A program made the position numbers and the translations under genes. A stretch of DNA of 64,000 nt from Leucoraja ocellata (Eukaryota), in NCBI GenBank assembly GCA_036785375.1, contig JAWMAR010000175.1, positions 2,914,001 through 2,978,000 of the forward strand. Reading direction: 5' to 3'. Shown here one piece after another: positions 25,151 to 36,200 of this stretch (position 1 is its first letter; every line of letters starts with the position of its first letter). Below the pieces are notes generated by a model that was not told where the DNA came from, did no database searches, and saw only the letters and a program-made list of their open reading frames with translations.

Positions 25151-26199
25151 TATTTTGAGGGTGGTCCAAGGTCGGCAGGCCAAAGGGCCTGCTTCCATTG
25201 CTGTATCTCTAAACTTCATTATCTCTAAAGAATGAAAAGTACTTGGGGTATAAGTGCTTCAGAAATACCTTTACTTCAAAAAAACAACTACTTGTGCTGA
25301 CACAAGGAAACGCAGATGCTGGAATCTTGGGTGGAACACAAAGTGCTGAAGTAACTGAACTGGTCAGGCAGCATCTTGGGAGGTCATGGCTAGGGAACAT
25401 TTCTGGTCAGGACCCTTCTTCAAACTTCAGTGCTCATGTTGTGTCTTTGTGCACTCTAAAATTGAAAAGGCTATTAGATATGTAATTTTGGGGATATGAG
25501 GCTTATAGTGTTGTTGCTCCTGTAAAATATTTATAAAACTGAAGTACTTTGCATTTGAGAAAGTCTTGGACAATAAAATGCAAGTTAAAAAATGTGAGCG
25601 CTAAACATCTCGCCCATCCTCAAAATGGAAATGTCTACTATATGTGGAATAAGCAAGATTTTTATTTTCTTTGATATTAAACTTAAACTATATATTTGAC
25701 TACTAGAAATACTAGATGAACCTTTGCAAATGGTGTCAATGCATGGTGGTGCCTGCTTGTGCAAATATGCAAAATAATTTCACCCTGCAGTTACACACAT
25801 GACAAATAAAGCTCTAGCACCACCATTAACCAAACAAAAATGTTGCTTGGTGTTATAAAAGGAAAACGTAGTGCCAGCATAATGAATCCAAAAAAATAGT
25901 AATGAGCTAAAGACCAGCTGGTGTGAGAATCATGCATAATTACTTGAGTTCTGAAGCGAAACTTTCCCCTTCAATTACATTTCACCTTGTCAAATACCAA
26001 TGGTGGGCAACATTAAATAACAATTATTTAAATGACAATTATTTTAAACATAGTCCCACCTCCCCCTTGTGGAATTCAGCATGTCCTGATTTTGGCAGTT
26101 CCTCACTGAGGCAAAACTATGTCAAACAAAGATAAATTATTAATAAAAGCATTTGGGCTAGTTAATATTTGGGATGGGATGCAGTGGAGGTAATTTTTT

Positions 26200-26502
26200 T
26201 TTAGTCTAGTTTTAAGATACAGGGCCGAAACAGTCCCTTCGGCCCACCAAGTCCAAACTGGCCAGCGATCCCCACACATTAACACTATCTTACACCCACG
26301 AGGGACAATTTACACATACACCAAGCCAATTAACCTACAAACCTGTACGTCTTTGGAGTGTGGGAATGAAAACGAAGATCTCGGAGAAAACCCATGCGGT
26401 CACAGGGAGAACGTACAAACTGCGTACAGAGAGCACCCGTAGTCAGGACTGAACCGGGTCTCTGGCGCTGTAAGGCAGCAACTCTATCGCTCCGCCACCG
26501 TG
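26200..26502 (-). mobile_element. HE1-like V-SINE
   Basis: Same family as 17122-17410. Confidence 0.82.
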
Positions 26503-26671
26503 GAAGTGTGAAATCTTTGTCAAAAGTGAATGATAAAGCTGATGATACCCATCTGGAAATGTAGAAACAAAGAATTGCAAAGATAGACGCAAACTGCTGG
26601 AGTAACTCAACATTCAGGCAGCATCTCTGGAGAAGAAGGATGGGTGACTTTCTGGTTGGATCTCTTCTTTA

Positions 26672-27008
26672 CCCTAACATCGGGAAGATTGTTCCCGATG
26701 TTAGGGAAGTCCAGGACAAGGGGTCACAGCTTAAGGATAAAGGGGAAATCCTTTAAAACCGAGATGAGAAGAACTTTTTTCACGCAGAGTGTGGTGAATC
26801 TCTGGAACTCTCTGCCACAGAGGGTAGTTGAGGCCAGTTAATTGGCTATATTTAAGAGGGAGTTAGATGTGGCTAAGGGGATCAGGGGGTATGGAGAGAA
26901 GGCAGGTACGGGATACTGAGTTGATCAGCCATGATCATATTGAATGGCGGTGCAGGCTCGAAGGGCCGAATGGCCTACTCCTGCACCTAATTTCTATGTT
27001 TCTATGTT
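26672..27008 (+). mobile_element. CR1 3' fragment with a 5' snap-back inverted duplication
   Basis: CR1 3' end; ccctaacatcgggaa / ttcccgatgttaggg 15-bp inverted repeat at the 5' junction. Confidence 0.88.
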
Positions 27009-27164
27009 TAGACTGAATGTGCGGTAGGAGAGGGAGGAGGGGAGGGAAGAAAGAGGTGCAGGACCAAATAGGGCAATGTCCTGCATAAGGTTTACATTTG
27101 CCCCCCCTGATTGGTCCCGACCTTTCCTCGCCTCCAGCTCTTCGCCTTCTTCCCAACCTTCAGT

Positions 27165-27192
27165 CTGAAGAAGGGTCCTGACCCGAAACGTC
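27165..27192 (+). ncRNA. Minimal (Penelope-type) hammerhead ribozyme core, sense to the POU2F1 last intron
   Basis: CTGAAGA-A-GGGT-cctg-ACCC-GAAA-CG-TC: intact catalytic boxes, 4-bp stem II, palindromic ACGT in place of stem III. Confidence 0.7.
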
Positions 27193-27765
27193 ACCTATCC
27201 TTTTTCTCCAGTGATGCTGCCTGATTGCTGAGTTACTCCAGCACTTTGTGTCTACCTTTGATACAAAACATGGGCACAGAGTGGATGTGAGAGAGATGTA
27301 AAGGGTGTGCCAGATGGTAGAAAAATAAAGGCTGGTTATTTTATGAGTGGTGAGTGATTGAAAGGAATTGGTATCGAGAGACCTGCATGTCTTTGTACAT
27401 GAAGTTGGAGTTCAGGTACCTTTAATAAGACAAAATGTATCCTAGACTTTATTATTGGAGGTTTTGCATGCAAAGGTGAAGGTGTCTTACTGCATTAGAT
27501 GGGCCCTGATAAGGCCGTGATTACTGTGCATTGGTCTCTCTATACAAGGCAGATATACTTGTGAAAGAAGCACAATGCACCATTAACATTCTCATTAGCT
27601 TATGCATTCCATTAATTTATCTGTATTTTAGCATTCAGATATTTTGATTTTTGTTAAGATGTATATTTATAAGCACTGTGAATACCATTTTATTTAATTG
27701 TTGCTCTGTAAATGTGCACAAATAGTTTTGATTTAAATCTGGTCTTGTTTCTCCTTTTGTTCTAG

Positions 27766-28064
27766 CGCTTGCATCTAGTGGGACACTTCCTATAACATCC
27801 CTCGATGCCAGTGGGAATCTCTTGTTTGCAAATGCAGCGAGTGCAGGGGGCGCTCACAACATCATTACGGGCCCTCTTATTTTGAACCCACAGAACCTCT
27901 CCTTACTCACCAGCAACCCAGCCGTAAGCCTGATATCTGCTGCCGGGACAACTGGACATGCACCCAGTCTTCAGATGGCCTCGATGACAGCAGATTCCAG
28001 CCAGAACTCTTCGTTCACTGTGACCTCGGCAGGCGGGGCCACCAACACCACCAAGGCTCAATGA
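27766..28064 (+). CDS. POU2F1: POU2F1 terminal coding exon ([24 protein letters not shown]...[13 protein letters not shown]...TTKAQ*)
   Basis: Pyrimidine tract + tctAG acceptor (phase 1), TGA at 28062-28064; ends in KAQ like vertebrate Oct-1. Confidence 0.96.
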
Positions 28065-31000
28065 AACGTAATCCCCAGACTGGATTATTTCATCCAGTGA
28101 TGGGACGTGTAGTCGGCTGCTTCCTGCAAAAGCAAAACTGATGTTTGCCTCATTTTTTTAACTTGCTTGTTTTTCAGGATTGTGTCACCAATGACAAAAA
28201 AAAAGACTTTTACCAAAAAGGATACACGTGAATATTTATCGTTTCAGACGGTCGTAACAATATAGGAGTCATTAACAATGCATAGGCAAGGGTCCTGTCT
28301 CCTCTTGGTATCTATTTTATTAGTTCTTTTTAATTGTGTGTTTATTTTAATTAGGTCTGTTGTACAGGCCTCTTTGTTTCATAAAGGTGTTTATATCATG
28401 TATAAATAGCATGGGTTTCTTTACGTGGTACAGTTTAGGCAGGCCTGTTCTTGGGATGCTTGTGCATCTTTTTTTCCTTGTGTATACCGTTAAAAGAATT
28501 ACGTTACGTTTTTTTTTATTTGGTTCAGCTAATGTCTCTTGAAATGGTTACCTTTCTTAAAAAAAAAAGTTGTTCCTTGTCGGGTACACTGTAGATTTAT
28601 GCACCGTTTGTATAAAGTGGTTTACTGTTGGTTATTTTTGTAGGAAAGATTCAAAGATAGATGCATTGAGACAAAAGTTCATGAACTGGCAGTTTTAAAA
28701 ACATTGATTGTTTTTAAAATTCCTTGAGTTTGTCTGCCCTACCTAACTCTAATGACTGGGCATGTTAGCTCATGTCATATCGTCGTGGAGATATTGATCC
28801 ATTTGGCTGAATTGTGAAAGTCAGTGGATGAGAAGTATCTTGTAATGCTTCTGTCTTTGCTCAGATACTAAAGCTAGTTGGAACCATCATGGGATATGGT
28901 AGAGATGAGCAAACTACAATCCAAACCAGGCCAGCCATGAAAAGGATCTCCAACGGGGAAAGTTCATGACCTAGTTTCTAGAAATGGTTTTATTTATGGA
29001 AACTAGATAATATCTCCCCTGTAGAGCTTGATAACATATCTCATGTTGCCTCAGTTTGGAGTTTGTTTCACAGTAATAGGGAATAGGTTTGCTACGAGAC
29101 AAGAGGCTTACAGTATGCACAGTATGGCTTGAACCATTGCTGTAAGCGTATTGAAACCAAAAATTAAAGGACTGGAGTAAAATGTTGCCGTTCACATGGA
29201 GCAAAAATGGTGCCTCTGATTTCCTGCAGCTCTTGTTAGGAAGAGAGTGAATAACTAAGTACTGCAGCCTCTCTCTTTTGGCTAATGAACAATAATTTAC
29301 TCGTTACATATACATAGCCCACTGGAAATAACTGTAGGGGAATAAGTTTCTTCGTTCAAGAAGCATTTTTTCCCCCTGAATAACACATGACTGATTCTTA
29401 CATCGGTATTAGTTTTGAATCAAGTGAGTGTTCACGTAGATTCCCGCTGCACTGTTGATATGTTGTTTGCCCAAACCGCTGCACTAACTCGGTGTAAATT
29501 TACTTAAACCAGCTGGGTACTTCAACTAATTTTGGCATTTGCATGGTTAGCACTGTTCTTTATACTGGTAACAATAACTGAATGCAGCTAAATGAGTTTC
29601 TTCATTATTTTCAAAGAACGAGAGGCACCATTTCTGTTTCCTGGCAGTAACTACATTTATCTCCTTTTCAAGACATAAAGATTGCAGTGTCGGTGGTAGT
29701 ATGTTACCAAACTGCAAAAATGAATATAGCTGCCTACCAAATATGGACAGCTATTGAAGCTTGAACCAAAGTCAATTTTACCTAGCTGCTGTACCAATGA
29801 CATTGTTTGCATGAGTGCAGTTAATAGGCATCAGTAATTTAATTGCCACTATTTAACAGGTAGTTACTATCTTCTTTTTACTGACATTTTTCAGGTAAAG
29901 GGATCTTTAAACACAGACTTTATGTTGCAGAGTTGTAACCATTTTGTCAAGAGTTTGGAGCAACCAGTTTTCATTGGGCAAATCAAATTTACTGGATGGT
30001 TAAACAGAGACTAGTGTTGTTTGATGGAAGTTGCGTTTCAGGACGTGCAATTTCTAAGAGCGTTAAAATGTGCAGAATAGATCTTGTGATAAATGATACT
30101 GGTGTCCTCAAGATTGTACTACAGCAATACTTGTATCCTCATTGACCTGCTATCCTGACTGGAGTTGTAAATCCAATATCGTTGCTGTCCTTAAAGTAGG
30201 TTATAGGCTTTGGACCAGTGGGAATTGTTTGGAGCACATACCTAAATCTGACCTAATAATCCTTTCCTCCTTCTATGGCACAGATGCCATTTCTTCCAAT
30301 CTCTTTGTGGTTTGCATGCCCACGATATGCAATTCATCCAATATCTCCAATACATACAAACAAATGCAAAAACGTACATCCTGTCTTGTGCCTGGAAAGA
30401 GTGAATGGTACATCAAAAATACAAACTATGCAATGAACGTTTTTTGTTTTTTTTCAAAGACCGGTCACACTTTTCATACTTAAAAATGAAATAGTGCTTA
30501 ATGCCAAATAGTCCTATTCCATAATAACATGCCGTGCAGTGGGAAAATGAAATTCCCATCAAATCTGATGCTGTGTGTTCAGTTACAAGTGAGGTGTGGT
30601 GACCTGTACTCCATATCATGAGGCAGCATAGCTCAAGCCTTGATTGCGCATTGGCCATGTTTAACTTAAATGGTGCATATAGAAAATAAGTTTGCTGGGC
30701 TAGTTTTAACTGCCAGTTTGTGTTGGTATTATTCAAGCTATTTTTGCTATATTTTTGGCAGAGGTATGTTGTTTTAAGTAGACTTTGATTAAAAGGACTG
30801 AAGGTTTTTGCAGCTTCTGAGTAACTTTTATTGCACCATTAATAGTTGTAATTTTAATTGGAAGCTAAGTAAATCAGTAGGGCACATAACAATTAATTAA
30901 TTGCTCCAGTAAATAGAAGTGTATAACTTTTAGTTTGACAGATAAAGATTTTTAAAATGTCGCTCATTAAGGTACGATAATGCTGACATTGATCCTTCTG

Positions 31001-31103
31001 TTTAAATAAATTTACTCCCAAGAAAAATAGCAAATATTTTTTTTAAATTGTTGATGGAAAAAATTAGACAATATCTAATATTTCAGTTCTAAGTGCAGAA
31101 TGA

Positions 31104-31236
31104 GTAAGAAGGAACTGCAGATGCTGGTTTAAACTGAAGATAGACAAAAAAAGCTGGAGTAACTCAGTGGGACAGGCAGCATCTCTGGACAGAAGGAATG
31201 GGTGACGTTTTGGGTCGAGACCCTTCTTCAGACTAG
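31104..31236 (-). mobile_element. Solo Penelope pseudo-LTR with hammerhead-like motif and 11-bp TSD
   Basis: GTGCAGAATGA at 31093-31103 and 31237-31247; core at 31204-31231 with GAAA changed to AAAA. Confidence 0.82.
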
Positions 31237-31544
31237 GTGCAGAATGAAACGTGTGCCGGCAGTTGACAGAGTTAGTGATGCATGGATTGAGAAATTCTCC
31301 TATCGCTGCTTCTGTTGAACCTCAGTTTGCATTTAAGGTTAAAATCCAGCTGGGTTAGAAGTTTCAAACTTTTTCTTGCCTCTGGATAAGACAATCAAAA
31401 AATGGTTGGAGAAAAAACTTAATTTTGTTGTTCTCCTCAAAGGGTTTTCATTTTACTTCATATTATCAGCATATCATTGATTGGTTTCTTGCCAAGAAAA
31501 TCCTGATGAATTTGGGGAATGCAGTTTGAAGATAAAGCAATCAT

Positions 31545-32265
31545 AGAATCATCAATTAGAAATTGGGCCTTTGGCCCAAATTACCCACACTGATGAAATG
31601 TCCCATCTGCACGTGCCCATGTTTGGCCCATATCCCTCTAAACCTTTCCTATCCTAACTATCCAAATGTCTTTTAAATGTGGTTGTAGTACCTGCCTCCA
31701 CCACAGCTTGTTCCATGGACCCACCACACTCCGTGAAAACAGTTGCCCTCGCATTCCTATTAAACCTTTCCCCGCTCAAACATTAAAACTTTGTCCTCTG
31801 GTTCTTGAACTCCCTAATCTGGGTAAAAGACTCTGTGCATACACCCCATGTATTCCCCTCATGATCTTATATACCCGTTTAAGATTACTTCTCAGCCTCC
31901 TGTGCCCCAAGGAATAAAGTCTTAGCCTGCCCAACCTCTCCGTGTAGCTCAGGCGCTCAAGTGCTGGCAAGATCCTCGTAAATCTTCTCTGCTCACTTCA
32001 GTCTGATCACCCGAAACGTCACCTATTCATGTTCTCCAAAGATGCTACCTGACCCACTGTTACTCCGGCACGTTGTGTCCTTCTCTACACCCGTTCTATC
32101 TTAACAACATCCTTCCTATAGCAAGTCGACCAAAACTGAACACAATACTCCAAATGCAGCCTCACATAACGTCCCAGCTTCTATTCTCAATCCCCTGATT
32201 GATGAAGGCCAATGTACCGAAAGCCACCTTGACCATCCCATTTACCTGTGACTCCACTTTCAGGT
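31545..32265 (-). mobile_element. Old CR1 fragment containing a + strand Penelope pLTR piece (~31995-32082)
   Basis: LERLSYTERLGRLRLYSLGHRRLRSNLKRVYKIMRG; nested cagtctga..cccgaaacgtcacc. Confidence 0.75.
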
Positions 32266-32984
32266 ATGATTTTGGTTCCTGCGTAAATTGGGGAACATCT
32301 GCATCATCTGCACCAACATTGCAGTCTCTGATGCTTTATGTGCATTAAATGGACATCTGTCGGATGTGTTAACAAATTTCTCAAATTGAATGTACATGAA
32401 AAATAAAAGTTACCAGCTAAAGTAAGTAATTTATTTGGAAACCAATTAATTCAAAAGTAGGCTATATTCTAGACAATACACTAATTAATTTTATCCAGTT
32501 GGATAGAATTTTATTTCTTTCCCTTTGATAAATATTTAAAAGTAAGTTGCTAACTACGATAAGATGAGGATGATAAATTATAAAATATTTGGAAATGCTG
32601 CATTCTGTAATTTGCTATAGGATTTTCTTTCAAATAAAAAGATTTACATATCTTATGTTAAATAATTAATTTTTCAAATCCAAGTAAAATTCCTTAACCA
32701 GGTGGAAGAATAATGTTATAGCCAATGCACTTCAGAAGGATTAACACATTAATTTGTTATTTTTTTTGTAATCGAATAAAGATAATAATAATAATAATAA
32801 AGATAAAAATAAACAAATAAATCACCCTTCTTGGGCAGTTGAGCTAACACTTGATTGCTGTACCTGCAAAATTTTCATTGAAGATGCACAATCTTACTTT
32901 TAATGACAGAAGTTGACATCAATATGTATAGGTGTTCAGCAAATTTAAATTTAATGTTTTTGATGTTCCTTATTCACTTTCTTA

Positions 32985-33285
32985 TGGAACTGGCATTGCT
33001 GTGAAGGATAGTATTTATTGGCCAACTGTTTGTTTCTTTGCAAGTAGGTAATAGGCAATCAGCAGCTGAGTGTCTTGGCAAGCCGTTTCAGAGGGAATTT
33101 CTGAGTGAGCTCTGTGAGGCTGTGTAGTTGCATATAGTCCAGGCCAGCATATAGTCCATGGCAGAGTTCCTTCCCTGATGGAGGTTAGTGACCAGATAAC
33201 AATCTGATAATGTTCATCGTTACTAAGACTAATAGCTGTTTTTTTTTCCCCAAATTACAAATTATCAATCTGAATTAAGTTCAGA
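32985..33285 (-). mobile_element. Ancient, highly diverged SINE remnant (family uncertain)
   Basis: Residual motifs gccgtttcagaggg, ggcagagttccttccctga, ttagtgaccaga resemble an old chondrichthyan SINE core (from recall). Confidence 0.4.
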
Positions 33286-36200
33286 TTTTGACATTGGTCT
33301 ACAATTATTTAACTTCAAACGTAATTTTAATGTGTATATGTACACTTCGAGAAGCCAAATAATTTTGATGTACATTGAACATATGCCTCATTTTAAACAT
33401 TAGATTGAGTCATAGACATGGTGATTTGGTTTGTTCTATTTCATGAGCATGATCACATTTTTGGTGGCTTGATCAATTAATATCTAATAACTCTGTGAAA
33501 GGCCTCCAAAATTAGATTTTCGGTTAATCTATTGTGATTTATTGCAATTGAACTGTCTTTGGAATGAAGTTGACATTATTTGTTGCCTCAGAAACTGTAT
33601 ACCTTTAGTTTGACATCACATGGTCTAACTTTCATATACTCTTATCTGGGGCTACAACCAATGTGTGTCAAAAATCAACGTTTATGTTTTAGAACAAAAC
33701 AACAGCACAAATAATCACGACAGCAACCAAATCATAGTTCATGCAATAGTTGTTTAAGCTGTTCACTGTATCCTGGTTTTAGAAACTGACCACATTGAAG
33801 TGAGGGCTCTAATTGTACAGGTCTCATGTGTTCATAAGCACTGTTTAGTTGAGATCAAGGCCATTCACTCCTAACAGTAACAATGGCAACATCATTGCTA
33901 CAGATTGATATTTTTCATCTGTAGAGGTGTACAATCTCTGTATCTTTTCTTTTCCCCTTCCTTAACCAAAACATCTGATTTAAATTGACTGCAAACTGAC
34001 TTCTGATTTGTGGCACTAATTCACTTCATTTATATCGCACCACTCCACGTTCTGCAGATGCACACTGTTTTATTGTTAAATATACATGACCCATATTACT
34101 TTATTTACATTGTCTCACAAGCACAAAATATGGAATACTTTATTGAATTTGTGGAACCTATGGGGACACACAGCCTCCATGGTCTTTGATGGGCCTTTCT
34201 ACTTGGTTCCACTCACCTGCTATCCAAAGCCCTTAAATGTTTGATGGATAACAAATTCCCTTGTAAAGATTATTCTAATGATTTTTTTAAAAGCAATTAT
34301 TCCCCTCTCCCTATTTTGCTAATGACCAAATCTGTATCCGTTCTAGATGTTTTAAAATGCTGCTGAAATAGTGAGGTTTTTGATTGTTGTTGGGAGGTGT
34401 ATCATGGTACAATACAGTGACCACTACATTTGGGAGCTCCACCTGATCGGAAAGAAGGAAACTGATATTCCACTGGTCTATTCTAATTGTCGCTGTGTAG
34501 TCTGAGGAGCTGCCATGGCATACAGTTGCAGTTGTCTTGTGTGAAAGTTGCCAGGCACTGAATGGTTCTTGTGTACATGATAGAGCTCCAAAATTAAAGT
34601 CAAGTATTGTACATGCCGTCTTTTAAGTGACATAACTTGGGGGATAGGAGAAATTCCATGAGAATTCATTACTAATATTACCCACTATATAATGACCTTT
34701 TAAAAATCCAGTAAAAAGATGGCTTTAAGATATTTGTGCAAACATTATCGTCGGGAAATAAGACATACTTTGCACCATATAAGTAGAATGTGAGCAACAC
34801 TTCCCATCATTGCAATCCTTCTATGAAAAAATAAATACCTCAGCATCGCTTAGCAATTACAGGCTTGCTTTGCAAACACAAAAAACTATTCCTGAGGGAT
34901 ATGATTGTAGATTTAGAGATTAGTATTAGTTTTTGGATGATGTTCTGTGCTTTAGAAATATTTATGGATTTGGTTTTGTTCTTTAAAAGTTAACCTTGAT
35001 AATTAACAAAAGAAATCAGTTTGTGATTCTAATTGCCAAAGCAAACGCCGCCTTTTGCTACTCAATTAAATTGTGGCCTAAGTTTTAGCATGCCTCATCT
35101 CATGGTTTTTAAACTAGTTGAAATTTGTATTGTACGTGTTTAAGCAGCATCAAAGTGCTCATTTTCCACTGGCCTTTGGTCAGAGAGGTATTAGATTAAC
35201 AATGTCAGGGGATGGGAAAGGGTTCCGCTATGTGAAAGGCGTTTTCTAAACAAAAAGGAAAAAAAAGAATGTTTTATCTGTGTTGTATATTGGAGATAGT
35301 GTTTGTCATTTGAATAGTTGAGCAAGTTTTTAACTTTTTATTATTGTTGATGATAGCAATGCTAAACAATTCAATCTAGACCAAAAATATATCCTGCTCC
35401 TTGCACCCGCTTGACTGATCAAAGAGTAGTTGTATAGATGTGTGGCTATGGTTGGCTCCTGGCATCTGATTTGTGCTTTAGAGAACACTTTGACTATCCT
35501 TGCTCTCATGGCTGCAGACAGTTGAGGGTGAGAATTTGCATACATTTCCTTATTTCACTCATGGGTCAGGCTGACCTGTGTCAACATAGGTGTCTGAAAT
35601 CTGTTTGATTCAGAAGTTGATTTCTAACATCTGAGGCATGATTTAACTGTTCTGAGAAAACTAATATTAAGGGTGTGCAATATTTTTCATAGGTGAGATT
35701 AGTTGGGAAAATTCCATACATTTGACTGGTTTCTGAAGAGGCATTTTATCCTAACGTACAAATATGTTGGTCGATAATTACAAATATAATGCATCTTAGC
35801 TTTACAATCTGAAAATCATATTCACAATTCTCAATTGTTCTGCTGTTGGCAGACTTATCTCAAATGTTTTGCGGTACATCACAAATAGGTGTGAAAATGT
35901 CACATCACATTTTGATGTTATTGTTTTGAATCTGGCCAGTCGTCTTTTGCTCCCTGTAAGAGTCCACATTTTCAATATTATCATTTACATCTTGACAGCA
36001 TGGAATCACTGAATTTTGAATGCATTATATTGCACACCCTTAAATATTCACCTGCAATGCTACCTTCTGAAAGATTGTCTAACATGGGGTATATTCCTCG
36101 GCATGTTTCATATCATTATTTAGAATTATTGCTAAACGAGACAGTACTTCTCAGAGGTGGTTGCAGTGTTGTCAAGCAAGAACCTTGGAGCCTGTATAAC

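Larger units (their letters stand above)
26560..27268. mobile_element. Head-to-head pair of Penelope pseudo-LTRs; the left (minus) copy is split by a CR1
   Basis: Minus copy at 26560-26671 resumes at 27007 (ttagactga); plus copy at ~27090-27268. Confidence 0.75.

Noticed and set aside
28062-28070. Stop-codon readthrough of POU2F1
   Set aside because: Context is TGA-AAC, not the TGA-CTAG readthrough motif.
29537-35541. Octamer motifs ATTTGCAT (29537, 35534) as Oct-1 autoregulatory sites
   Set aside because: A few 8-mers are expected by chance in 64 kb of AT-rich DNA; no clustering.
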